Shown here: piece after piece, positions 17,699 to 25,798 of the stretch
Layout: each line of letters begins with the position of its first letter
How positions within the stretch are numbered: the stretch's first letter is position 1
Virus record (IMG/VR): IMGVR_UViG_3300045988_029329
Location: 1 to 55,794 of that record
Source: a virus
Strand: one strand, 5' to 3'
DNA: 55,794 nucleotides
The notes under the pieces: generated by a model
Told to the model about the DNA's origin: nothing
Seen by the model: the letters and a program-made list of their open reading frames with translations, nothing else
The model's database searches: none
Made by a program: the position numbers and the translations under genes

Positions 17699-18508
17699 AT
17701 GCGTGGAATGAAAACACTTTTTGATTTTATCTCCAAGCTTCTGGCAGCCCTCTCTCACGCTGCCGGAGACAAGGCAGAGGAGCCGGACGCCTCCGCTCTT
17801 GAAAAAGTGTCCACAGTGGACACTGTGGCCGGCTGGGAGGGCGCACCACCCTACCGCTACATCGACGTGAGCCGGTATCAGGGCAAAATCACCCTCGACG
17901 GCTGGCGCAAGGTCAAAGCGGCTGGCTACAAGGGGGCGATGCTCAAGACGGTCTCCACCAACCGCAAGCTCAGCAAGCGGGCAGACGGACTGTACATCGA
18001 CCCGACCTTTGAGCGTAACTACCGCAACGCCCGGGCCGCTGGGCTGGACGTGGGCGTCTACTACTACACCTACGCCACCAGCGAGGCTATAGCAGATGCA
18101 GAGCTGGCCCTTGTGCGGGAAGCGGTACGCGGCAAAGAGCTCACCATGCCCGTGTGCGTGGACGTGGAGGAAAACAAGCTCAAGCAGCTGTCCACGCTTG
18201 ACCTGTCCAATCTTACCGCTTACGCGCTGGAACAGGTGGAGCGGATGGGCTTTTACGCCCAGCTGTACACCTACACGGGTTACAGCTATGAGATGGACAT
18301 GCAGCGCTTGGCAGGCCGCTGGGACGTCTGGCTGGCCGACTACACCGGCAAGACGCCCAACGTGACGTTTAACTACAACGCCCACCAGCACACCAGCAAA
18401 GGCAGCGTGCCGGGCATCTCCGGCAACGTAGACCTCAACGTCACCACTATCAACTACCCCAAAATCATCCGTAAGAAGGGCCTGACCCGTCTCCGGGAGG
18501 GTGCATGA
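17699..18508 (+). CDS. endolysin, GH25 muramidase
   Basis: Motifs IDVSRYQG, DPTFERNY..AGLDVGVYYYTYA and PVCVDVEE. Has a weakly hydrophobic N-terminal 20 aa. Confidence 0.8.
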   Translation: MRGMKTLFDFISKLLAALSHAAGDKAEEPDASALEKVSTVDTVAGWEGAPPYRYIDVSRYQGKITLDGWRKVKAAGYKGAMLKTVSTNRKLSKRADGLYIDPTFERNYRNARAAGLDVGVYYYTYATSEAIADAELALVREAVRGKELTMPVCVDVEENKLKQLSTLDLSNLTAYALEQVERMGFYAQLYTYTGYSYEMDMQRLAGRWDVWLADYTGKTPNVTFNYNAHQHTSKGSVPGISGNVDLNVTTINYPKIIRKKGLTRLREGA

Positions 18509-18897
18509 CCGAAAAAGAAGCTTTGCTGTGGGTGCTTGGCATCCTTGGCAGCCTGTGTGCTGCGGCCATCACCATTGACAAGGTGCTGGAAATCATCCAC
18601 AAGTACATCAAAAAGGCTCAGGAGCCGGACAACGTGCAGAACAAGCGGCTGGATGAGATGGACAAGCGCATCGGCACCTTAGAGCAGGGCCAGCTCCAGC
18701 ACACACAAGCCCTTGCCCGTGACCTGCGCCGCTTTGAAGAAATCGACGAGGTGAGCCGTCTGACCCTCGACGGGGTGCGCAATCTGCTGGACGCCCAGCT
18801 CTCCGGCAACAACCGCGAGGGAATGCAAAAGAGCCGCACCGACATCGACAATTATTTGTTAAAAGGAGTGACCAATCATGGTAGCACTGGCAACTAA
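18505..18897 (+). CDS. N-terminally membrane-anchored coiled-coil protein (lysis accessory?)
   Basis: One TM segment (LLWVLGILGSLCAAAITI) followed by a helical Q/E/R-rich region. ATGA-coupled to the endolysin. Confidence 0.4.
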   Translation: MTEKEALLWVLGILGSLCAAAITIDKVLEIIHKYIKKAQEPDNVQNKRLDEMDKRIGTLEQGQLQHTQALARDLRRFEEIDEVSRLTLDGVRNLLDAQLSGNNREGMQKSRTDIDNYLLKGVTNHGSTGN

Positions 18898-19219
18898 GCT
18901 TTTTGACCTTATCCCCGCCCCTGTGGCCCTTGTGCTGATGCTGGGCGGTTTTATCTTTTACGCCCTGGGCTGCGTCCGGCTAGGCTATGGCGCAGCGGTA
19001 AAGCCGCTGGTGCTGGACCTCATCGAGCGGGCCGAGCAGGAGATTCAGGGGACGAAGCGCGGCGCAGAGCGCAAGGCGTGGGTCGTCAAGATGCTTCGCG
19101 CCGCCCTGAGTGCCAGCAAATACGGTAGGCTCATCAGCTGGGCCATCACCGATGAGACCATCGGCAAAGTTATCCAGTTTTTCTTCGACCGCATGAAGGC
19201 GGCCTTGCAAAATCAGTGA
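18878..19219 (+). CDS. holin (LL-H family-like)
   Basis: 113 aa. N-terminal TM segment, then ERAEQEIQGTKRGAERKAWVV, resembling the LL-H aEq..G..K motif. Confidence 0.55.
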   Translation: MVALATKLFDLIPAPVALVLMLGGFIFYALGCVRLGYGAAVKPLVLDLIERAEQEIQGTKRGAERKAWVVKMLRAALSASKYGRLISWAITDETIGKVIQFFFDRMKAALQNQ

Positions 19220-19229
19220 GGTTTTGACT

Positions 19230-19632
19230 ATGAGTAGCACTACGTACACACGACATTGGTTAAAACAGGCCATTTTTACGAATGAAGCCGGCACTTTTGC
19301 CGTTAAAGGCCAGATTTGCCACCATCTCGGTAACGTCACCGCAATGGTGCGTAACGCCGGACAGCTGCCGCAGCCCTTCTGGCTCGGTATTGTCTGTGGC
19401 GGCGGCTCGCGTGGTGCTGCCACTGTGCCTGCAAGGACTTGACCGGCAGCAGATGACCGCCGCAATCAAAAACGCACCGCTTGGGAGGGTAGACCGTAAG
19501 ATAGCCTTACTGCGGTACGTTGAGCGGCTTCCGCTGCCGGACATTGCGGCACAGACACATTACAGCCGGACGGCGATAGGCTACCGGCTGAAAGGCATTG
19601 AAAAAATGCTAGACGAAAGGAGCTTACCGTGA
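19230..19632 (+). pseudogene. sigma-70 region-4-like HTH regulator, apparently frameshifted (C-terminal HTH part 19453..19632 intact)
   Basis: The N-terminal MSSTTYTRHWLKQAIF is in one frame. The plausible continuation ...LKARFATISVTSP...RKIALLRYVERLPLPDIAAQTHYSRTAIGYRLKGIEKML is in the next frame. The switch is near the T5 run at 19273-19277. Confidence 0.35.
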
Positions 19633-19772
19633 GCATCGAAAATGTTCCGACCGCAAATCTTATTACAGAGCTTCGCAAACGCGAGGGCGTGGAAACGACC
19701 GTTGTCGAGCCCTATCAGGACGTAGCGGTCAGCGTCAACGGCCCTGCGCTGGTTCTTGTCGTGACGGATTGA
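19629..19772 (+). CDS. small conserved phage protein (BC1881-like)
   Basis: GTG start overlaps the preceding TGA. 47 aa: VSIENVPTANLITELRKREGVETTVVEPYQDVAVSVNGPALVLVVTD. Confidence 0.4.
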   Translation: MSIENVPTANLITELRKREGVETTVVEPYQDVAVSVNGPALVLVVTD

Positions 19773-19930
19773 TTGTGGTATAATAACATCAACAAATCCA
19801 CCCGGCCTCTCGAAGAAGCGCATTAGGGTGGATATTTGATACAGTCTCCTGCTCGCCTACTTGCAGTGCGTACCATGCGGGAGACGCAATTTTGCCGCTT
19901 CGGTGGCAGGGCGATTACTCGCTCACTTAT

Positions 19931-19969
19931 AATCCATCAGCTTTTAGGCTGGTGGATTTTGTTTTATTC
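19931..19969 (+). terminator. rho-independent terminator of the late operon
   Basis: 11-bp stem AATCCATCAGC/GCTGGTGGATT, loop TTTTAG, then TTTGTTTTATT. Confidence 0.7.
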
Positions 19970-20092
19970 TTACTAGTTTTGTCGAAATCATTGCCATATA
20001 TTGGATGATGTGGTATCTTAGCATTGCACTCCAATGTGTGCATCCTTACAGTTAAGCGCTCATGCGGATTTTTCCGTGTGGGCGCTTTTCTT

Positions 20093-20590
20093 TTACCCTT
20101 GCAACTCTTCTACTGATACGTTGCAGGCCGCAGCAATTTTCTTGAGCGTGGTCATCCGGATAGGTTTCCTGGCTTCTGCGTGTTGGATGGTCGCGGTAGA
20201 CAACCCGGTCTTCTCCGACAGCGCACGAATGGTCAGCCCGGCGTTTTCCCGAGCGGCTTTGATTTTTACGGCAGACACGCCGAGCGTTTTATAATCGGGT
20301 GACATATACCCGATTTGGAACATGCCCTGCTGCTGCAACGGCAATGCTTTGAGCGCAAAGCTGTTATCCACGTCCTCAAGGTCTACATCCTTCAGGACGT
20401 AAGCGCAGGCGTTGTCAAGCTCCGGGGTCATCTTGTGGAGCTTATGTGCCAGCGTAATTTTCATCATCACGCCACGCACGGGAAACCTCGTAGCGTTGTC
20501 AAGGTCTGCCTGATTCACGCGGTCGGAGTTGCAGGCTTCATCCAGCAAGCGGTAGAGCTTTCCGAGATTTTTGATAGTGGTGTTTTCCAT
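20093..20590 (-). CDS. XRE-family regulator (C-terminal HTH), divergent from the 20794 operon
   Basis: 165 aa. The C-terminus AARENAGLTIRALSEKTGLSTATIQHAEARK..TTLKKIAAACNVSVEEL is a classic HTH_XRE. Confidence 0.6.
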   Translation of the reverse strand: MENTTIKNLGKLYRLLDEACNSDRVNQADLDNATRFPVRGVMMKITLAHKLHKMTPELDNACAYVLKDVDLEDVDNSFALKALPLQQQGMFQIGYMSPDYKTLGVSAVKIKAARENAGLTIRALSEKTGLSTATIQHAEARKPIRMTTLKKIAAACNVSVEELQG

Positions 20591-20635
20591 ATTCGTTGCC
20601 TCCGTTTTCTTTTACTATACTAATTATACCACAAA

Positions 20636-20700
20636 ACTGCTACAAGTGATACAGGCATAGTCGCCAGACTTTGCCTTATTTTTTTGTTCGTTTTGTAGCA
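20636..20700. promoter_or_regulatory. inverted repeat CTGCTACAA ... TTGTAGCAG in the divergent intergenic region (candidate operator)
   Basis: The 9-mer at 20636-20644 and its reverse complement at 20692-20700. Each is adjacent to TGATACA or TGTATCA. Confidence 0.35.
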
Positions 20701-20793
20701 GTTGTATCAGTTTATATTTGTCCTTCGTTTGACGTTCGTTGTCTTTCGCTTTTTGCTGATGCGATACACTAGGAGCACAAGGAGGGATGTTTT

Positions 20794-21312
20794 ATGAGCT
20801 ATTATCCGACACCCGGAGCGCCCTACGTTCCGCAGCAGCCTGTCAATCCTTATGGTGGCATGGGTACAGTTGGGCTTGCCACTCCCCTACCCAACACGCA
20901 GATGCAACAGGCACAACCGCAGCGTCCGCAGCCAATGAATGGGCAGCAGCCTGTTCAGCAGTCGGTACAGGACGGCGGTTGGTTACTGGGCAGACCTGTT
21001 TCCAGCAGGGAGGAATTTCTGGCAATACCGTCTGACCTGTACGGCAGACCGACCTACTGCCCAGACTTGCGGAGCGGTGTGATCTACTGCAAGCGGCTCA
21101 ACCCGGATACCTGTGAATCTTATGTGCAGGAGTTTTACAGCCCAGAAGCATGGCGGCAGATACAGGCGCAACAGGCACAGCAGACCGCTGCACCTACACA
21201 GCAGTACGTGCCTGTTGAAGAGTATAACGCCCTCGTACACAGGCTGGATGAACTGGAAAAGTGGCAGAAGAGCTTTTCTAAGCCCACTGCCACAGCAAAG
21301 AAAGGAGAATAA
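20794..21312 (+). CDS. hypothetical P/Q-rich protein
   Basis: GGAGGG RBS. 172 aa. Pro/Gln-rich N-terminal half and a Cys-containing C-terminal half. Confidence 0.5.
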   Translation: MSYYPTPGAPYVPQQPVNPYGGMGTVGLATPLPNTQMQQAQPQRPQPMNGQQPVQQSVQDGGWLLGRPVSSREEFLAIPSDLYGRPTYCPDLRSGVIYCKRLNPDTCESYVQEFYSPEAWRQIQAQQAQQTAAPTQQYVPVEEYNALVHRLDELEKWQKSFSKPTATAKKGE

Positions 21313-21314
21313 CA

Positions 21315-21566
21315 ATGTCCTCTCCGTTTGATATGATTACGCACAGCCCTATTATGCAGCTTGCGAATCTGGCTCGTGCCGGGCAGAACCCGATGGGGCT
21401 TATCCAGCAGTTGAGCGGGCAAAATGCTCCCATCATGCAGGGCTTGAACCTGATTCAGGGCAAAAACGAAACGCAGCTCAGGACGATGGCGCAGAACCTC
21501 GCCAAAGAGCGGGGCATCGACCTGAACCAACTGGCAAGCGTCCTGAACCTGACGCTGCCCCGGTAA
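21315..21566 (+). CDS. hypothetical protein
   Basis: 83 aa. Starts 2 nt after the previous stop. Gln/Leu/Asn-rich. Confidence 0.45.
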   Translation: MSSPFDMITHSPIMQLANLARAGQNPMGLIQQLSGQNAPIMQGLNLIQGKNETQLRTMAQNLAKERGIDLNQLASVLNLTLPR

Positions 21567-21687
21567 AGCATCCCTCTAAGCGAAACGCTTCTCAGTTTTG
21601 CGGACTTGATAAAAACCGCTTTTATCTGGCTTCGCCCATCGCACACGGCGATGGGATAGCATACGCAAAACTGAAAGGAGTTTTGTT

Positions 21688-22560
21688 ATGGACGATTTTG
21701 CAACTGGCTATCTGGCTGGGCAGGACGGCGGCAATAACAACGGCGGATTCTTCGGCAACGAAGGTCTGTGGGCGGTTATCATCCTTGCCATCATTTTCGG
21801 CTGGGGCAACTACGGCAACGGACGCAACGGCGGCGACAACGGCATGAACAGCTACATTCCCTATCTGGTCGGCACTGGCGCAACCGGTCAGGGCGGCGCA
21901 GATACTCGTGCGGCTTTGTCTGAGGGCTTCTACCAGCAGGACACTTCCCGTTCTCTGGCTGGCATCCAGAGCGGTATCTGTTCTCTGGGCTATGACCAGC
22001 TCGCACAGATGAACACCCTCAACGCTGCCGTTGCGGGCGGCTTTGCTGGTACTAATCAGGCGATTTGTCAGCTCGGCTACCAGAACGCACAGCTCGTGAA
22101 CGGTCTGGAACGTAGCGTATCCAACGGCGACAATGCCATCAGCCTTGCCATCATGCAGGAGGGCAACGCACGGCAGGCGGGTCAGACCGCTATCCAGACG
22201 CAACTGGCATCTTGCTGCTGCGAGAACAAGCAGCTCATCGGCGACCTGAAGTACACCATTGCACAGCAGGATTGCGCTACCCGTCAGGCTATCGCAGACA
22301 ACGCCCGTGCCATCGTGGACAACTGCAACGCCAACTTCCGCAGCATGATGGACTACTTCACACAGGATAAGATTGCCACTCTGACCGCTGAGAACCAGAG
22401 CCTGAAGTTCGCGGCTTCTCAGGATCGGCAGAATGCGCTTCTGACCACCGTGATGTCCCAGCAGACCGATACCATCCTGAACCGGGTCAATCCTCGTCCG
22501 ATTCCCGCTTATCAGGTGGCAAACCCCAACGTGGGCGTGAACTGCTGCGGCTGCTGCTAA
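21688..22560 (+). CDS. hypothetical membrane-anchored Gly/Asn-rich, Cys-rich protein ending in CCGCC
   Basis: AAGGAG RBS. 290 aa. GGNNNGGFFGNEG, then TM LWAVIILAIIFGW, then a Q/N/A helical body with a CCC cluster. C-terminus is NCCGCC. Confidence 0.55.
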   Translation: MDDFATGYLAGQDGGNNNGGFFGNEGLWAVIILAIIFGWGNYGNGRNGGDNGMNSYIPYLVGTGATGQGGADTRAALSEGFYQQDTSRSLAGIQSGICSLGYDQLAQMNTLNAAVAGGFAGTNQAICQLGYQNAQLVNGLERSVSNGDNAISLAIMQEGNARQAGQTAIQTQLASCCCENKQLIGDLKYTIAQQDCATRQAIADNARAIVDNCNANFRSMMDYFTQDKIATLTAENQSLKFAASQDRQNALLTTVMSQQTDTILNRVNPRPIPAYQVANPNVGVNCCGCC

Positions 22561-22645
22561 CCTACACACTCCCCGATAACACCGGGTGAACCATCGGGGC
22601 AGGGGTAAGACACCTCTGCCCCTGATTTTTTAGGAGGAAACTATT

Positions 22646-23017
22646 ATGGCTTGCAAAACAAGCTGCAAACTCTGCCCGCACTTGGTCATCAGTCAGGCGG
22701 TCACGTTTGCCAACGACACGCTGACCATCAATATCCCTGCTGGCGCATACCAGAACGGAGAGAAGTATTGTATCGTGGTTGCTCAGAGCTTGCCGGACAC
22801 GACCACCATCAACGCCCCTGTGGTCATTACCATAGGTGCAGGCACGACCGCATACCCTCTGACCGACTGCAACTGCGCTCAGGCGACCGCCGAGAGCATC
22901 CACACCCGCACCCGTTACGCTACCCGTGTGGCAACGTCTGCGACCGGCACAGGCACGTTCAAGTATCTTGGCTGCTTCTGCCGCTCCCACGCCGGCGCGC
23001 CTGCGTCCATTTCCTGA
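22646..23017 (+). CDS. hypothetical beta-rich protein with Cys clusters at both termini
   Basis: AGGAGG RBS. 123 aa. N-terminus MACKTSCKLCP. C-terminus YLGCFC. Confidence 0.5.
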   Translation: MACKTSCKLCPHLVISQAVTFANDTLTINIPAGAYQNGEKYCIVVAQSLPDTTTINAPVVITIGAGTTAYPLTDCNCAQATAESIHTRTRYATRVATSATGTGTFKYLGCFCRSHAGAPASIS

Positions 23018-23030
23018 GGAGGTATAGATT

Positions 23031-23669
23031 ATGGGCAAGACTAATTTTCGCCGCATGATGATGCTCCGTGACCACGATAAAGACCGTGAGCCGGAACGTG
23101 ACCGCCTTGAGGAAGAGCGTGACCGCAGGGAGCGTGAGCTGGAACGCCGTCTGCGCAAGCTGGAATATGGCAACGACCGCTATCCTTACTATCCGCAGGA
23201 GGAGAACCGCTACATCGACCCCTACCCTATCCCCCGCTACCCTGACGTAGAGTATGGGCGCAGAATGCCGCAAATTGGCTTTTCGCAGAACGGAGACTGG
23301 GACAAGCGGGCTGGGCAGTATGAGCATGGCGGTGCTGACAGCCGTTCCATCAAGATGCCACGCAAGCACCTCACCCACGATGAAGCAGAGGAATGGTGCG
23401 ACAGCATGGTGAATGCTGACGGCACGAAGGGCTGTCACTGGACGCTGGAACAGACACAGGACGTTGCCAAGCAGCGCAACATCACCTGTGACCCGAACGA
23501 TTTCTGGGCTGTCATGAACATGATGTACTCGGATTATTGTCAGGTCGCAAAACGCCAGTCCGTTGACACTCCGGGCTTCTACGCTGACATGGCAAAGGCG
23601 TTCCTTGAGGACACGGACGCTGTGGACGGCAAGGCGTATGCCTACTGGGACTGCGTGACAGATAAATAA
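23031..23669 (+). CDS. hypothetical protein (charged R/E/D N-terminus, Tyr/Pro region, conserved-looking C-terminal domain)
   Basis: GGAGG RBS. 212 aa. Confidence 0.5.
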   Translation: MGKTNFRRMMMLRDHDKDREPERDRLEEERDRRERELERRLRKLEYGNDRYPYYPQEENRYIDPYPIPRYPDVEYGRRMPQIGFSQNGDWDKRAGQYEHGGADSRSIKMPRKHLTHDEAEEWCDSMVNADGTKGCHWTLEQTQDVAKQRNITCDPNDFWAVMNMMYSDYCQVAKRQSVDTPGFYADMAKAFLEDTDAVDGKAYAYWDCVTDK

Positions 23670-23670
23670 A

Positions 23671-23720
23671 GTAATCCCCTGCATAGTTTAATCGGCTGTG
23701 CAGGGGATTACTTTCTATTA
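23671..23720. terminator. bidirectional rho-independent terminator
   Basis: 13-bp stem GTAATCCCCTGCA/TGCAGGGGATTAC, flanked by T-runs on both strands, between convergent genes. Confidence 0.7.
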
Positions 23721-23732
23721 TAATGATTAGTT

Positions 23733-23981
23733 TTACTCAAGCCAATTGATGAAATATCCGTTGTACTTAAACTCTTTTGCCTCATTCGCGGCCTTAATCA
23801 GATTCTTCGCAAAAGCAATCGCCTCATCCGGCGACAATGTTCGTCCAGGAAAACATACTTTGCTACCGATTGAAGTGTCAATTCCATCTCCACTTCTGCA
23901 AATTTCAATGCCGCTTCCGTAAGATTTCCTTCTCTGCTTCAAGTCTTCTATATTGTAATCAGAATATTTCACTTTGTCCAT
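23733..23981 (-). CDS. hypothetical small protein (low-GC cassette)
   Basis: AAGGAGGAG RBS. 82 aa. AT-rich codon usage. Confidence 0.5.
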   Translation of the reverse strand: MDKVKYSDYNIEDLKQRRKSYGSGIEICRSGDGIDTSIGSKVCFPGRTLSPDEAIAFAKNLIKAANEAKEFKYNGYFINWLE

Positions 23982-24078
23982 GTGAACTCTCCTCCTTAAA
24001 TTTCAGCTTTTAGCTTGTTCCTCTTTTCTCCTGCATCTGTGTGTCTTGTATGTGCGCATTTTTCTCCCCTCACATAAA

Positions 24079-24348
24079 TTATTTTTCTTTGGTGTAGTAC
24101 AATTCCATATCTGCCTTGTACATATCAAGTTGTCTTTTGCTATCCATAAGTGTGTTAAAACTAATTCCCGCCGCAAAAGATACGGCGATGGACAAAATCA
24201 AGTGTGCTGCAACCCATTTACCAGCAAAGATAAAAGGAATCTGAATTGCTATGGCAAAAGCATCGAACAAAAGAACGTAAATGCCACGTTTAACCATTTT
24301 CTGTAATCGGATAATACTTCCTTCGTAAAATTCCTTCGACCTCATCAT
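24079..24348 (-). CDS. small 2-TM membrane protein (low-GC cassette)
   Basis: 89 aa. Two hydrophobic segments, GIYVLLFDAFAIAIQIPFIFA and AAHLILSIAVSFAAGISF. Starts 3 nt after the AAA+ stop. Confidence 0.55.
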   Translation of the reverse strand: MMRSKEFYEGSIIRLQKMVKRGIYVLLFDAFAIAIQIPFIFAGKWVAAHLILSIAVSFAAGISFNTLMDSKRQLDMYKADMELYYTKEK

Positions 24349-24351
24349 ACG

Positions 24352-25233
24352 TCAATCCTCCAAGAAATCCTCTTGATTCAGAACTTGATTTACAATTCGT
24401 TCTGTACATTCTTTGATAACAGTAGATGCGGGGACGCAATCTTCATAAGCTATGTTTTCATATTGTGCTCCTGCATATTCAAAGAACCTTTTGGAAAGTA
24501 TTTCTGCATCCGCACGGCACAACGTCTTTAATTCGTATTGCAACGGAAATCTTCTTGCAAGTGCAGGGTCAAGCCTATCAAATCGGTTTGTCGTTCCAAT
24601 AATAATGACATTGTTCGGTAATCTATCCATTTCCTGCATAATCGCAATAACCACACGGTTCATTTCCCCAACGTCATCTTTTTGCCCACGAGCCATTCCG
24701 ACCGCATCTATTTCATCAAAACAAAGAACGCAAGGAGCAGTCCTCACATAATCAAAAATTCTTGCAAGGTTAGATTGTGTTTGTCCTAAGTGCGAATCAA
24801 CTAGACTTGAAAATTGAATCCTCAAAAACGGAAGTTTTGCTTTATGTGCGATATACCTAGCCAGCATGGTTTTTCCGCATCCGCTTTGCCCATAAAGCAT
24901 CAATGCTGGCAAATAAGGAATTCCCATTTCATTTAATTTTTCAGATGCTCGATAAATAGCAACGATTTTCTGCGTTATACTTTTTTCTTCGTTCCTAAGA
25001 AGAAATCTTGCTTCTGGAAATTCTTCTGTATCCTCTGCGATCAAAAGATGCTGTAAGTTATATGGCACTTCAATAAATTCTCTTTTGCTTTCCAACTTGC
25101 GAAACATATTTTCTTTGAACTGTTCATCTTTTTTGGATGATATGGAATTCAAAATGATTTTAACAGCTTTTTGCGCGTTTCGCATATCACCATCGCAAAC
25201 AAATCGAATAAGGTGTCGTTCACTATCATTCAT
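24352..25233 (-). CDS. classic-clade AAA+ ATPase
   Basis: Walker A GQSGCGKT, Walker B VLCFDEID, sensor-1 IIIGTTN, and Arg-finger region DRLDPALARRF. 293 aa. Confidence 0.85.
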   Translation of the reverse strand: MNDSERHLIRFVCDGDMRNAQKAVKIILNSISSKKDEQFKENMFRKLESKREFIEVPYNLQHLLIAEDTEEFPEARFLLRNEEKSITQKIVAIYRASEKLNEMGIPYLPALMLYGQSGCGKTMLARYIAHKAKLPFLRIQFSSLVDSHLGQTQSNLARIFDYVRTAPCVLCFDEIDAVGMARGQKDDVGEMNRVVIAIMQEMDRLPNNVIIIGTTNRFDRLDPALARRFPLQYELKTLCRADAEILSKRFFEYAGAQYENIAYEDCVPASTVIKECTERIVNQVLNQEDFLED

Positions 25234-25798
25234 CTAAGAAATCCTCCAACTCAATCTTCCCCTCTGCCGCAGCAGCAGCCAGAGCGTACACATACTGCCC
25301 GATGGTCATTCCGTGCCGCCTTGCTTCACGGTTGATGTACTTGCGTTCTTCCCCACTCATAAGGATGGTAATGCGCTTAGAACGCTTTCCGTCACCGCTT
25401 GCAACGCCCTGATGCGATTCCGGCATCGGAATTTTTTTCTTTGTCAAGCCAGCTTCAGCAAGTGCGCCGGGAACATTGCCCTGTTCGATAAGACGTTGAA
25501 CTTCCTTTGCCTGTTTCAGCTTCTTCAGCTTACCTTCGCATAACACGGCATCATTCGGCTGGCTTTCGCTGCCTTTGGCTTGCTTCGGCTTAATATCGCT
25601 TAATTCTGCTTCACTCGGCCGTGCATGGCTGTCTGTGGCTTCACTGGGCTTAACTTGCTCCTGTTCGGCATTATTCGGCTTTGTTTGGCTTACTTCTTCT
25701 TCCTTTGGCTCACTTCGGCTTAATGTCTGTTCCGAAAAAACAGGCTGGAAGTCAAACCCACCCAACAAGCCGGATGTTTTTTTGCTGGTTGACTTCAT
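25226..25798 (-). CDS. ribbon-helix-helix protein with disordered repeat-rich N-terminus (candidate ParG-like centromere-binding protein or antitoxin-like regulator)
   Basis: The C-terminus KRSKRITILMSGEERKYINREARRHGMTIGQYVYALAA fits the RHH pattern. ATGA-coupled in the parA operon. Confidence 0.5.
   Translation of the reverse strand: MKSTSKKTSGLLGGFDFQPVFSEQTLSRSEPKEEEVSQTKPNNAEQEQVKPSEATDSHARPSEAELSDIKPKQAKGSESQPNDAVLCEGKLKKLKQAKEVQRLIEQGNVPGALAEAGLTKKKIPMPESHQGVASGDGKRSKRITILMSGEERKYINREARRHGMTIGQYVYALAAAAAEGKIELEDFLDE

Noticed and set aside
17699-17760. SAR (signal-anchor-release) endolysin
   Set aside because: The N-terminal segment MKTLFDFISKLLAALSHAAG is only weakly hydrophobic and short. 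That is insufficient to call a SAR domain without prediction tools.
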